Part shown: one piece after another, positions 43,064 to 54,266 of the stretch
Position numbering within the stretch: position 1 is the stretch's first letter
Layout of the letters: every line of letters starts with the position of its first letter
NCBI GenBank assembly: GCA_965240325.2
Contig: OZ251224.1
Coordinates: 868,001-932,000 of the forward strand
DNA length: 64,000 nucleotides
Direction: 5' to 3'
From: Rebecca billardiae RCC1528
Lineage: Eukaryota; Protista; Haptophyta
Notes under the pieces: generated by a model
What the model was told of the DNA's origin: nothing
What the model saw: the letters and a program-made list of their open reading frames with translations, nothing else
Databases searched by the model: none
Position numbers and translations under genes: made by a program

Positions 43064-44749
43064 CTAGCTCGGCGGCGCGTAGTGCACGTCACCGGCTCGC
43101 ACGAGTCCTGCCGCCGCCGCAGCTGGGCGCCCAATCTGCAGCGCGCAGAAGAAGTAGAGCGGCAGGAAGAGGTTGTCGATCTGGTCGGTCACCGCCTCCA
43201 GCACGCACGTCGCGAGCGTTGCCACGAGGACGCGCTGCCACTCCCGCGCCTGCTCAGCGGCGGACGCCAGCGCCGCCTGCGGCGCGAGCGACAGTGCGCC
43301 TGCGTACAGCCCGATCGCGCCCACCATCACGGCGATCACGGCCGCAAGCGTGCCCTCGACTGTCTTGGACGTGCCGCGCCAGCACGTGCGGCCGACGCGC
43401 GTGCCCACGTACGACGCGACGCTATCGCCCACGCCGAGCGCGAGCACGCCCGCGAGCGGGGGCAGCACCTCGTGCGGCAGCCGCAGGTCCCACGCGTCGG
43501 CGCCCGGCGTGGCCAGCAGCGGCAGCGCGCAGCCCAGCAGCAGGTAGATGTGCGTGGTGATGAGCGGGCCTGCGTCCCGGCTGTCGGTGTACAGCCGGAG
43601 GTACGCGCTCAGGGGCTCGGCGAGCGGCGGCGCGCCGGACATGCGGATGTACTCGAGCGCGAGGAAGAGCGCGATCGCGATCGCGAAGCTCAGCCGCATC
43701 AGCTTCGGGTCGATGAGGATGCCCGGCACGAAGAGCAGCGTCGCGAGCGCGTGGTAGAGCTTGCGCACGACGATGAGCGGCAGCCGGGCGCGCACCACCG
43801 AGATGCAGCACGTGCCCACCGCGGTGACGAGGAGCCAGTACAGCAGCAGCGCGGCGCGCGCGCGCGAGCTGGCGATGAAGCCACACAGCCACGCCAGCGG
43901 CTCGCCGCCGGCCGCCGCGCGCAGCAGCGGGTAGAGCACGCACACGACAAAGGCGGCTGCGTTCGCGTACACGCGCGTCGGTCGGCGGCCGCCGCCGGCA
44001 CGCAGGGCGAGCGCGCGCGAGGCGGCGAGCCAGCCTCCGAGCAGCACGGCGCACAGCAGGCCGACCTCCGCGACGGCTGACGTCTCGTCGCGCGCGACGC
44101 ATAGCCCCATGTCCGCGCCAAGCCGGGCCGTCGAGCCGCGGCCCGTCGTGTCGCACAGCAGCAGCAGCCCCACGTCTGTGCTCAGCAGGCCGAGGCCGAG
44201 AGAGAGCGCGCACGCCTCGCCGAGCGAGAAGCAGCGCGGCAGGTGCGCGAGCAGCATGCGCACGCACGGCTCCACCAGGGCTGCCGGGATCAGGTAGAGC
44301 CACAGCGGCGCCGACGGCAGCATCGCTCGGAAGGACGCCGACACGAGCCCAACGTTCAGCGCGATCCGCCGGGCATCTGCCGGGCGCGCGAGCCAGCCCA
44401 TGCCCGCAGAGACGAGGATCACCGCGGCGGCGGCCAGTGCCGCGTGCAGGTGCGCACGTAGTAGGCCGAGCTCCGCCGCCTGCGCCGGCAGCTGCAGCTG
44501 CAGATGCGCCGCTGCCAGCGTGCACGGCACGGTGAGCACGCCCAGCGCGAGCCCCGAGGTCCTGCTCTGCCGGAAGACAAACGCCGGGTTGCAGACCGAT
44601 GAGCACTCGCTGAGCACCACGCTCGCCAAGGCTTCGGCGATCAGCACACCGCCCGGCACGGCGGCCTCGTGCGGCCAACGTTGAAGCAGGGCCAGCGACA
44701 GCAACGTGGCGGAGACGAGGATCAACGCGTTCTCGTCGGCGACCGCCAT
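43064..44749 (-). CDS. DOLK: Dolichol kinase
   Basis: Polytopic protein with VRKLYH, DSRDAGPLITTHIYLLLGC, LGVGDSVAS, KTVEGT and DQIDNL. Confidence 0.9.
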   Translation of the reverse strand: MAVADENALILVSATLLSLALLQRWPHEAAVPGGVLIAEALASVVLSECSSVCNPAFVFRQSRTSGLALGVLTVPCTLAAAHLQLQLPAQAAELGLLRAHLHAALAAAAVILVSAGMGWLARPADARRIALNVGLVSASFRAMLPSAPLWLYLIPAALVEPCVRMLLAHLPRCFSLGEACALSLGLGLLSTDVGLLLLCDTTGRGSTARLGADMGLCVARDETSAVAEVGLLCAVLLGGWLAASRALALRAGGGRRPTRVYANAAAFVVCVLYPLLRAAAGGEPLAWLCGFIASSRARAALLLYWLLVTAVGTCCISVVRARLPLIVVRKLYHALATLLFVPGILIDPKLMRLSFAIAIALFLALEYIRMSGAPPLAEPLSAYLRLYTDSRDAGPLITTHIYLLLGCALPLLATPGADAWDLRLPHEVLPPLAGVLALGVGDSVASYVGTRVGRTCWRGTSKTVEGTLAAVIAVMVGAIGLYAGALSLAPQAALASAAEQAREWQRVLVATLATCVLEAVTDQIDNLFLPLYFFCALQIGRPAAAAAGLVRAGDVHYAPPS

Positions 44750-45043
44750 CTTTGGGCGCAGCGTCTGGAGTCTGATCACGTTGACGCTGCGCGAACTCCG
44801 CCTGGTCCGCTAGCCAGCCTCTGCCAACACCTGCTGCCTGAGGCTACACTGTGTACCGTATACACAGTGTATTACTGTATCACTGTACTGTACGTATTGT
44901 CATGTGCCAACACTGTGCACGTTATTCGACGACGTTTTCACTCCATCACTGTCATCAGAGTAGCTTATCCTAGAATCGGCGGCGCCGGTAACGTCAGCAG
45001 TCAACTGCTGCTCAAGAGTCATATACAAACGCGGTACCGGCTG

Positions 45044-46920
45044 TCACAAGCCCACTAAGGCATCCACGCCGCTCGGCGTGATCTTGATGACAGAGCCATC
45101 AAACTTCTGCAGCGTCCAGCCCGCGAAGAGGCTGCCGCGTTCTGCCTCGCGATACGCCCGAGACCTGTCGAGCAGGTAGGTGATGGCGTACTCCTCGCCG
45201 GCGAGCAGCCCGCCATCGCCGTCGGCGCGGTAGTGCACGCCCGCCCAGTCGCGGCCGAGGGCGACGTTGGACGCGAGCTTGTTCAGCTCCCCGTTCACGG
45301 TCATCTGCGCGGCGTCCGGCGCTTCGTACGCCTCGAGCGTCTGGCCATCGAGCGAGTGCACCGCTTGACGACCCGTGTTGTTGCAAAGCCACGTGGTCTC
45401 GACCGCCCCGTGCTCGTCCTCGAACGTGCGAAGCATCGCCTTGAGCACGGTCACGCACGCGCCAGCGACAACGGCGTGACCCGCCGGCAGCGACGGATGC
45501 GTCGGCGAGCCCTCGGGGTAGAGGCCCGCGAGGAGTGCCGTGCGCGCCGTGCCGCCCGTGCGCGCCTCGTTGGCGTCGAGCACTGCCTCAATCAGGTCTG
45601 GCGCCCGCTCGAGGTTGGCCTTGAGCGCGCTGAGTCCGGGCACCTGCGCAGCAAGCTCTGGGTGCGTGCGCGTGAGCTCGTAGCGCTGCGCGTACACCTC
45701 GGGGCGGATGCGCATGCCGACGGCCCACTTCTGCCACCACGAGGTGTGCAGCGCGCCGAGGGCGACGTGCGCCACGGCCGCGAGCACGTCGACGCCGCCC
45801 GACGTCGTCCACGCGGTCGTCACGGCGTGCTCGACGAAGCCCTCGGTCCCGATGCCGGCCTGCGCTGCGCACTGCGCTGCCGCGTAGAAGAATTGGTACA
45901 GCGGGTCTCCGTGCACCATCGAGCCGAGCGTCCGCGCCGTCGCCGCGTACGACGGGCCGGAAGCGAGGAGCGTGGGCGGGCCCGGGTGCGCGCCGTTCTG
46001 CACCGCGACCCAGCCGGCGAGGTCGAGCATGCTCGTCGGGTCGGCCTCGTCTGCGTACGCCTGCCGCACGGCGAGCCCGCCGTACGCGTACGGCGTGTAC
46101 AGAAACTGCGAGATGTACGGACCGACCGTCTCGCCGGGGTGCGCGCCGCGGAAGAGCGTGGCGGCGGTGATGGCGCCGCCGGGCGCAGTCGGGGCCGTCG
46201 TCTTCGAAACGAAGCGGTTGAGCGCGTCGAGCACGCGCGCGGCCATCGGATCTGTCCCAAAGTGCGCAAACGGCACGTCACGGAGCAGCGACATGCCATA
46301 GACCTGCGGCGCGGCGCGGCGAGGCGCATGACGGGCAGGCGCGGCGCGGTGTTTACCAGCGCGGCCCGCGTGCTCTACGAGCGCGGCAGCTGGTGCGCCG
46401 CGCACACCTCAGCCATCTCGAAGGCGGACTCGGCCGATTCGATGGGGTACCAGATGGGAAAGGCCATCTCGGGCGGATCCGCGCCGACGGGGTTGCGGTT
46501 CCAAACGGTAGCCACGCCCTCGAGCTTGCGTTCGTGCCCCGGTGCAAGTTTGATGGCGTCAAGGTTGTCCGTGCACGGCGCGCTCACAAAGTGCAGCACA
46601 CGATCGACGTCCGCCTTGGCCGGGAAGCCTGTGGTGGGGTCGTGCGCGAGCGTCTTGGAGAAGACGTACGGGTAGTGGACAACGCCACTCGCGTTCGTGT
46701 ACGTGCGCAGGTCGTAGAGCTCGCCGAGGTCGCGCTTGCCATTGTCGAGGAGGAACTCGCGGATCGCGTGCTTGGCCATTGTTTGGGCCACATCCCCGGC
46801 GGCGGCGGCTACGCAACGGTCGCGCTCCTCCTGACGACCGGGATTTGGCATGAAGGACCCGAAGCCAAGGCTGAGGCCGAAGGTAGCTGCGAGGGCCAGC
46901 GCGGCGAGGGCCAACCTCAT
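45044..46920 (-). CDS. Secreted vanadium-dependent haloperoxidase; intron 46407-46304
   Basis: Signal peptide MRLALAALALAATFGLSLG; EMAE|VYGMSLLRDVPF, GPYISQF, WWQKW..RIRPE, YPEGSPTHPSLPAGHA, GELNKLASNVALGRDWAGVHYRAD. Confidence 0.92.
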
Positions 46921-48042
46921 GGTCGGGAGAGGCGCTTGGCGCGCGCCGCGCGGGATGCTCAGCCACTTCGGCGGGCGGGTACGCCGCTGCAACGCTTGCT
47001 CAGCAGCTCTCCAGTTCGAGGGATATTCGCGGCTCACAGCTCATCACTCCTCAGATCTACAACACGGCGCCGGACTGCGTAACGGATATGGAAGTACTGC
47101 TACTGGATACTGTACAGTTTGAGTACCTACTACTGTGAAAGTTACAGTGCGGTTACTCGCCGCGTAGGGTATTGCCGCCGGATCTCTTTACTGAGCGGGT
47201 AAGAGACGCACATGTACTCAGGCGATCGAGATTGACGCCAACTTTTACTGTTCATCACCACCCGCGTCCTTCGTCCGCCCGTGTCCTCCGTCCGCCTGGG
47301 CCACCTCGCGGCGCGCCAGCGCCCGTCGTCCCGTCCTCAAAACGTCGTCGTCCGAACTCTCCGACTGGGCGCTAAGGCGACAGCGCGCCGACAGTACAAT
47401 TAGCAGACCGCCCAGCATGTCGCATGAGCCGTCGGGGCCGTCGACAGCCGACCTCGCACGCGCGGCACAACCGTTCGGCGAGGCGTAGGTGTCCAGCACG
47501 CCGGGCGTGTACTTGGAGGCACCCGAGCCGCTCGGCTTAAGTAAGCACCACGCAACGTGCGCGCAACACATCGCGCCCAAGATCGACGCGCTCGTGGCGC
47601 GGCGTGTTTGAGCGGTCGAGCAGCTCAAAGCTCAGACCGTCGAGTTTGCTGCGCCTTCTATCTACGGCAAGACGACGCTGGCGTACAAATGGTGCTGGGC
47701 TGGAGGCGACTTGGGCTGCGTTGATCGGCGACGGTGCGCTCCTCCCGCCGAGGTACCAGATCGGCACGTAGTCGTCAGGTCCGACCTGAGCGCGCCGGCG
47801 CTCTCGTCAACAGAGCCGGTTCATCCCCCGCCCACGGACGCCTACTTTACTTGGCACCGCGTACTGCGCCGACGAATACTCAATCTCCACGGACCGTGCG
47901 CAGACGCTAGCTACTGCTGTGAACTACTGTACTCACAGCTCCGCCTTGGTCTGAGTCTTACCCTCTTACTCTTAGTTAGATCTGCTCCGACGATGCGCGG
48001 TTCAAAATTTGCTGGAGCATCATCGTGTGACCAGTCTCGCGC

Positions 48043-50250
48043 TCAGCTCGCACACACAGCGCGGCGCTCCTTGTGGGTCTCCACGAGCCGGGAGACCTTC
48101 CCCAGCGTCGTCCCGCTGCCGCCCTGCACCGCCTTGCGGCCTTTCGAGTCGATGGTGGTGCCCACACGCCCGCCCTCGGTAGCCCCGTCAGCGCGCAAGC
48201 CCAGCAGCCGAGCCGCGTCCGACGGAAAAGCATAGTGTGCGTGCATCCACGCGCGCGCCTCTGTGTGTGCGCCGGGCGCGCCCTCGGGCGCGAGCTTGCC
48301 CGCGTCCGCGTCGACAAAGTCGCCTCCCGGACGCAGCACGGAGGCAGCGTGTGGCGCAGCGAGCTCATGCGCGCGCTCGTACATCACTTGGGCCTCGTGC
48401 AGCGCGCTCGCTCGGCTGGGTGCGCGCGCGGTGGCCGGCTCGGCGCCGGCAGCCGGTGGCGATGTCGGCCTGCCCTGCTCGTGCCGCTCGGCGCACACCA
48501 CGCAGATCCACTTGAGGTGCGCGCTCGCGTCCCACGCGCGGTGGCGGTACGCGCCCGACTGCCACGCCGTCTCGTACAGCGGCAGCAGCTTCCACCCGTG
48601 CGTGGCGAGCTGCTCGACAGCGCTGATCACCAGCTCCACCTCCGCATCGCTCATCGACCAGCACAGGTTGACGCGGCACCAACCGGGCTTGGCCGCGTCG
48701 AGCCCGGTGCGCGACACGAGCGAGCGCAGCGCGTTGACCTCGTCGGGCGTGAGGCCCCACAGGCGGATGCCGTACGGCCCGGCGCAGGAGCAGCCCGAGC
48801 GTGCCTGGATGCCGTACAGGTCGTTGAGCAGCGCGCACACAAAGTGCGGGTGCAGCATGCGCCGGCTGCCGTGCAGCGCCGAGCTCGGCGTCGCGCCACG
48901 CGCGCGCTGCGAGGGGGTGAAGGCGTGCTTGAACATGCCTTCCGAGCCGGCATCCGCGCCCTCGACGGGCGGGTCGAAGGCGATGTTGAACGAGACGATC
49001 GGCAGCCGCCCCTTGCGGAAGTAGTCGCCGCGCTCCGCGCCCATCAGCAGGATGTTTGGGTGGCGGCGCCAGCGCTCGAGCGCGCGCGCGCACGAGCGGC
49101 TCGAGAGCTCCTGCGTCGCCTCGACGGTGACGAGCTTGCGCAGCTGAAACGTGACGCCCGTGCGGATCGCCTGCAGGATCGCAGGCGTGCCGCCGTCCTC
49201 GCGGGCCTCGATCGCCGACGCGAACGCGTGCTGCTCCGAGTCCACCCACGACACGGTGCCACCGCCCGGCTGCGACGGCACCGTGTTCTCGAGCAGCGAG
49301 CGGCGCGCGACGAGCACGCCGGACGCGCCGGGCCCGCCGATCAGCTTGTGCGGGGAAAGAAAGAGCGCGTCCAGCTCCGCGCCATTTGGCAGCCGCATGC
49401 TCATCTCGACGTACGGGCCGGCCGCCGCGTAGTCGGCGAAGATGAGTGCGCCGCCCTCGTGCGCTGCGCGCGCGATCTCGCCGAGGTTGGTCACAATGCC
49501 GGTGACGTTGGAGCCCGCGGAGACGGAGACGATGCGCATGCGCCTGTGCTTGTACTTTGCCAGCTCGCGCCGCAGGAAGCCCAGATCCAGCCGCCCCGTC
49601 GCCTCGAGCTCAGGGACCTCGACCACGTCCGCGATCGTCTCGCGCCACGAGAGGATGTTGGAGTGGTGCTCGAACGGGCCGACAAAGACGACGGGTCGCG
49701 CCTCCTCGGCGAGGTGGCGCTGGAGGTGGCGCAGCTGCTCGGGCAGGCGGATGCCAAGGCAGTCGATCAGCTTGTGCACGCACCCCGTCATACCCGTGCC
49801 CGCGAAGAGCACGGCGTACTCGTCAGGGTCAGCGCGCAGGTGCTCGTGCACGATCGCGCGCGCCTCCTCGCGGTAGTGGTTGGTCTGTCGGCCGGTGGCG
49901 GAGAGGTCGGAGTGCGTGTTGGCGTACAGCGGCCCCACTTCGTGCAGCATGAAGTCCTCGACCTGCTGCACCATCCGGCCGGACGCGGTGAAGTCTGCGT
50001 ACGTGAGCACGCGCGCGCCGAACGGTGTCTCGATGATGTGGTCGCGGCCAATGACCGAGTCGCGAACTTGCTCGATGAGCGCGGGTGCAGAGACGTGCTC
50101 AACCGGGGCGTCCAGGTCGTGCACGTTTGAGGCTTTGGAGTGAGGCTTGGGGGGCCAGAACGAGCGGAGGGTGAGCTTGGACATGCTTGGGCGGCGGACG
50201 TCGAGATATGCAGCGGGCGTCGGGCGAGCGCTGCTGACTTCGGCATCCAT
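48043..50250 (-). CDS. PLP-dependent class-V aminotransferase / cysteine desulfurase-like protein
   Basis: YADFTASGR, YANTH, EHHSN, GSNVTG, DYAAAGPY, SPHK (PLP Lys), GGTPAI, GIQARSGCSCAGPYG. Start uncertain (50250 or 50184). Confidence 0.9.
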   Translation of the reverse strand: MDAEVSSARPTPAAYLDVRRPSMSKLTLRSFWPPKPHSKASNVHDLDAPVEHVSAPALIEQVRDSVIGRDHIIETPFGARVLTYADFTASGRMVQQVEDFMLHEVGPLYANTHSDLSATGRQTNHYREEARAIVHEHLRADPDEYAVLFAGTGMTGCVHKLIDCLGIRLPEQLRHLQRHLAEEARPVVFVGPFEHHSNILSWRETIADVVEVPELEATGRLDLGFLRRELAKYKHRRMRIVSVSAGSNVTGIVTNLGEIARAAHEGGALIFADYAAAGPYVEMSMRLPNGAELDALFLSPHKLIGGPGASGVLVARRSLLENTVPSQPGGGTVSWVDSEQHAFASAIEAREDGGTPAILQAIRTGVTFQLRKLVTVEATQELSSRSCARALERWRRHPNILLMGAERGDYFRKGRLPIVSFNIAFDPPVEGADAGSEGMFKHAFTPSQRARGATPSSALHGSRRMLHPHFVCALLNDLYGIQARSGCSCAGPYGIRLWGLTPDEVNALRSLVSRTGLDAAKPGWCRVNLCWSMSDAEVELVISAVEQLATHGWKLLPLYETAWQSGAYRHRAWDASAHLKWICVVCAERHEQGRPTSPPAAGAEPATARAPSRASALHEAQVMYERAHELAAPHAASVLRPGGDFVDADAGKLAPEGAPGAHTEARAWMHAHYAFPSDAARLLGLRADGATEGGRVGTTIDSKGRKAVQGGSGTTLGKVSRLVETHKERRAVCAS

Positions 50251-51217
50251 TCCGGGCGCGGATATTCCCCTGGACCGAGCTGGAGGTGCCAACGGGCGGG
50301 CGGCCGCCGCCGCCTTGCACACGCCACACGGGCCACGGCCGCAGTTCCTGCGCACCCCACCTTGCCCGGACACAGTAGCTCAGTTACCGTACCGAGTAAT
50401 AAGAGTTACCGTGCCGCAGTGGGCACAATCACTCGATCCGCACATTGCTGTAGGCGTAGCTTACGATAGTTGCAGTGTACTAGTCTGAGAGCAGCTAGGC
50501 CTAGACGGTACAGGCAATCGCGGGCAATAAGGAGCTGTCACGTTAAGAAACTGGGGCTTGCTATCTGCGGATCTGGCCTAGAAACTGAGGCTAGCGATTG
50601 GCTGGTTCGCTATACGCATAGTCACACTAAGAAACCGAGACTACGTCGCGGCTCGGGTCCGAGGCGCGTGGGACGCGTGGCGCGCCGCGGCGCCGCCCGC
50701 GCGTGACTACTGTCATACTAGTCAACTTGGTCGTCTGCTTGCTAACTACGACCTGAGTAAGTCACTCATCAGTGCCAGTGGCGGAGTTATGCTGCATGAC
50801 CGTGTTAGATGACTACTGTACTGCTGATGAGCGCCGCGTCGGGATGCTAATAAGCAGGCTGCGCTGATGAGCGCGCTATACTACTGTCTACTCGTCTACC
50901 GATCCGCTACACATGCCTGAGTACTACTGACATGCTGCTCTTCCGGACGATTTGCTCCAAAAAGGCCCAAAAAATTTCTTCGGCCTCGCCGGCCGGGCCT
51001 AAAGACTCTAAGCGGGGGGCTCTGCCCCCCTGCGCCCCCCGCGCCTGCGCGGCGGGCGGACCTAAGAAACTGAGGCTCCGTAGGCGCTCGGGCTACCGAA
51101 CAGCTCAGAAACCGAGGCTTATTAGGCTAGCCGGCAGATCTCTGACTACTTCTTATTGCCCGCGATTGCCTGTACTCCGCCGCGCGGCACGGTACAGTAT
51201 ATATATATATACTCCGC

Positions 51218-51551
51218 GGAGAATAATACTCGCGGACCGGGCGCACTCACGGGACACGGCTCGGACCCGCGAGAGTCAAACTCTGCTCGCAACGTGAACC
51301 GGACTGCAGCAACGAGTGCCACCTGTAGGCACTACAGATCTGGCATGCAAGCGCCCACGGCCCACTCTGACTCTCACGCCCGAGGAGAATAATACTCGCG
51401 GACCGGGCGCACTCACGGGACACGGCTCGGACCCGCGAGAGTCAAACTCTGCTCGCAACGTGAACCGGACTGCAGCAACGAGTGCCACCTGTAGGCACTA
51501 CAGATCTGCGGCATGCAAGCGCCCACGGCCCACTCTGACTCTCACGCCCGA
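51218..51551 (+). repeat. Direct tandem duplication (166 + 168 bp)
   Basis: ggagaataatactcgcgg...ctctcacgcccga at 51218-51383 and 51384-51551; the copies differ by a 2-bp indel. Confidence 0.9.
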
Positions 51552-51877
51552 CTCCGGCCCGCACTGCCCGTGGCGGTGGTGCCTGGGCGGGCCGGGGCCC
51601 TGGCAAGGCCGCGACCTGGTTACCAGTGTCAGCTTGATCATCAATCATAATAGCTACGGTTGAGGCCTTCGGCCATTCGGCCAACCGCGTCGGGCCGACG
51701 CCTTGCGCGGCTAGACTCGGAACAGGGACAGCGTGCGAGTCTCGAATAAGGGCGAAGAGCTTGCAGCAGGATGCGGCATCGTGCACTGGAAGTGTTAGTG
51801 TGACTGCTGCGTCGAGCGCATGCCATGAACGCACAGTGACAGTGTGGTCGTGCGTGCTGCGCCGTGCATCGGAATCG

Positions 51878-53449
51878 TCATGCAGCCATGATGTCGACGC
51901 CAGCAGCGGCGGCTGCGAAGCCGCCGGCGATGCTTGTGAGGTTGGCGAGGGCGGCCACGGCCCACGCGCGACGGCGCGTGGCACGCAAGCGGCCGCGCGC
52001 CCACTCGGCCTCGACCGCGATCACGAGCAGCTCGAGCGCGGCCCAGCGCAGCCGCGCGCCCAGGCCGGCCACGATCGGCATTGCGCTCCGCCATCGCGCC
52101 CACCAGTGCTCCGGCAGCGCATCCGCGAGCGCCTGCGTGGTGAACGTGAGCGAGAACGCGGCTGGGTGCGTGAGCACGCTCGGCACGAGCGCGTGCGCGC
52201 ACGCATCGGCGACGCCCCCGCCGCGCGCGCGCAGCAGCAGGAACGCCCACAGCGGCACCTCGAGCGCCTGCGTGAGCGCAAAGCAGCGCCACCACAGCCG
52301 CACCATGGGCGCGCTCTGCGCGGGCCGGAGCAGGTAGGCGCACATGGCCAGCGCGCGCGCCACGGCGCCCGTGAGCACAAGCCGCGCCTCCTCGGTCGGT
52401 GGCACCGCTGTCTCGCTCGCGCGCGCCGGCCCTGCCGGGCGCACGCGCGGGAAGCAGGGGGACGCGTCCAGCGCCCCCCCCGGCCGCGGCTGCCGCGCCG
52501 TTCGCCCCGCGCACGGCGGCTGCATGGGGAAGTCCCGCACCCAGCCTAGGAAGCCGCTGGGCTCGTACGTGCTGGACGGAGGGACGAAGCGCTCGGTGTA
52601 CGACCAGCGCAGGCGCAGCGGCGACGCCTCGTCCGCCGGCGACGTGGCGTGCCACACGTCGCGCGAGAAGAGCACCGCATCGCCCGCGCGCACACGGCCC
52701 AACCGCACAGCGGCCGCTTGCAGCCGGGCGGTGCACGTGCGCGCCAGCGCACCCGCCGAGTCGGTCGGGCGACCAGTCAGAGGGTCGGACGCGCACACCG
52801 CGTCGATCTCCGCCGATCTCGCCGCGAACAGGAGCGCGCCACCGTGCGCTTGCTCGGGGACATCGGACAGCGGAGTCCACACTGAGATGGCTTCGGATGC
52901 GCTCGGCGTGCGCACGTGCCGGTAGCTCGGCACGTCGCAGTGCCAGTCGGCTCCGGGCTGCCCAGCGCGCACGCCGTAGACGATGGAGTTGACCAAGATC
53001 AGCTCAGCCGCCGCACTCGCGTTCGCGCGCGGCCCGTTGTGCGTCAGCTGCAGCGCGAGCGCTGCACTCCGGCCCGCCATGGTCCAGTTGTGTGCCGCGG
53101 CAGACGCCAACGCGGCGCGGTTGAGCTGGTGGGCCACGCGCTCATCGACGAGCCGCGAGGTCGGCGGAGGGCTCTGCTCGATGGCATCGCGCAGCGCAAC
53201 CACGGCGTCGCGAGGAAAGACGCCCTGCAGGTGCAGGAAGCCATCGCGCTTGAATTGCTCGCGCGATGCGCGGGCCACTCGCGGCACGGCAGACGTCCGG
53301 AGCCGCTGCACGGTCGCGGCGGGCAGCGGTACAGCACTATGATGAAAGGCTGGGCGCAAGAGCGCAGCATTGAGCACGAAGCACGCCAACGCTGCGCTGT
53401 TCAGCCACAGAGCCGAGCGGTGCGTTCGCGCGCGAGGTCGTCCGGCCAT
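51878..53449 (-). CDS. PhyH-family Fe(II)/2-oxoglutarate dioxygenase with N-terminal anchor and hydrophobic C-terminal region
   Basis: FKRDGFLHLQGVF, WHCD (HxD), SVWTPL, GDAVLF..VWHAT and downstream R. Confidence 0.75.
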   Translation of the reverse strand: MAGRPRARTHRSALWLNSAALACFVLNAALLRPAFHHSAVPLPAATVQRLRTSAVPRVARASREQFKRDGFLHLQGVFPRDAVVALRDAIEQSPPPTSRLVDERVAHQLNRAALASAAAHNWTMAGRSAALALQLTHNGPRANASAAAELILVNSIVYGVRAGQPGADWHCDVPSYRHVRTPSASEAISVWTPLSDVPEQAHGGALLFAARSAEIDAVCASDPLTGRPTDSAGALARTCTARLQAAAVRLGRVRAGDAVLFSRDVWHATSPADEASPLRLRWSYTERFVPPSSTYEPSGFLGWVRDFPMQPPCAGRTARQPRPGGALDASPCFPRVRPAGPARASETAVPPTEEARLVLTGAVARALAMCAYLLRPAQSAPMVRLWWRCFALTQALEVPLWAFLLLRARGGGVADACAHALVPSVLTHPAAFSLTFTTQALADALPEHWWARWRSAMPIVAGLGARLRWAALELLVIAVEAEWARGRLRATRRRAWAVAALANLTSIAGGFAAAAAGVDIMAA

Positions 53450-53570
53450 GGCGCCGCCGGCACCGCCCGGGTGCGGACCCAGCTCTCCTCCGGAGGTCTG
53501 GAGAGTCCTGACTTGCCAAAAGCCGGGTCCAAAACCAAAGCCGGGTCCGGGTCGCCGCGATTCGAAAGGC

Positions 53571-54266
53571 ATGGCGGTGAACACCGCGGGCTCCGCGATG
53601 CTCTCCCAGACGGAGTTGAGACTCGACGCGCTCTCCAATCGCCTGTCGGGCCTTCACGAGGGCCTCCGCTCGGCTGAGCGCGCTCCATCACAGCCGACGA
53701 CCGACCAGTACGCCGACGACGAGCTGGAGGGCGTGCGCGCAGAGATCAGACAGCTGCGGAGCGAGATGAGCAGTACGGCCGCGGCGACAGGGCCCGAGAG
53801 GCCTGCAACCGCGGCCGAGGTCATGGCGAGGATCGGGAAGGAGCATGATACGCGAGCGCTGAGCGAGACCGAGCTGCTGAATGGCGTGGAGGAGATGGGC
53901 GCCGCGCTGCGGCTCGAGATCGCCAAGGAGCGGCGGCTGCGCGACGAGTCAGATGAGCGGCTGGGACGCGAGGCGTGTGCTGATGTCGCACGGCTCGCGG
54001 CCGCGATCAACGAGGAGCACGCGCAGCGAGACCTTCAGGAGCAGCGCCTTGAGCAGCTCGTCGCCGACCACGTGCGAGAGCACGCCAAGGCCCTTGCCGA
54101 GGAGCGCGAGGCGCGAGAGAGTTCGCACGGCGTGCTGCTCTCAATGCTGGAGGAGGTCGCAGCTGGTGCGCGCGAGGAGATCGCGGCAGAGCGCGCAAGA
54201 CGCGAGGCGATGGAGGCGAGGCTGATGCGCGCGCTCGAGCAGCTAGGGGTTCGTCCCGAGCCGTAG
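53571..54266 (+). CDS. SF-assemblin/beta-giardin-like coiled-coil protein
   Basis: LRLDALSNRLSGL head followed by periodic ER..R coiled-coil segments (KERRLRDE, EEREARE, AERARRE). Confidence 0.55.
   Translation: MAVNTAGSAMLSQTELRLDALSNRLSGLHEGLRSAERAPSQPTTDQYADDELEGVRAEIRQLRSEMSSTAAATGPERPATAAEVMARIGKEHDTRALSETELLNGVEEMGAALRLEIAKERRLRDESDERLGREACADVARLAAAINEEHAQRDLQEQRLEQLVADHVREHAKALAEEREARESSHGVLLSMLEEVAAGAREEIAAERARREAMEARLMRALEQLGVRPEP

Noticed and set aside
47245-47800. Short ORFs between the haloperoxidase and PLP-enzyme genes
   Set aside because: No ATG-initiated coherent model and no recognisable motif.
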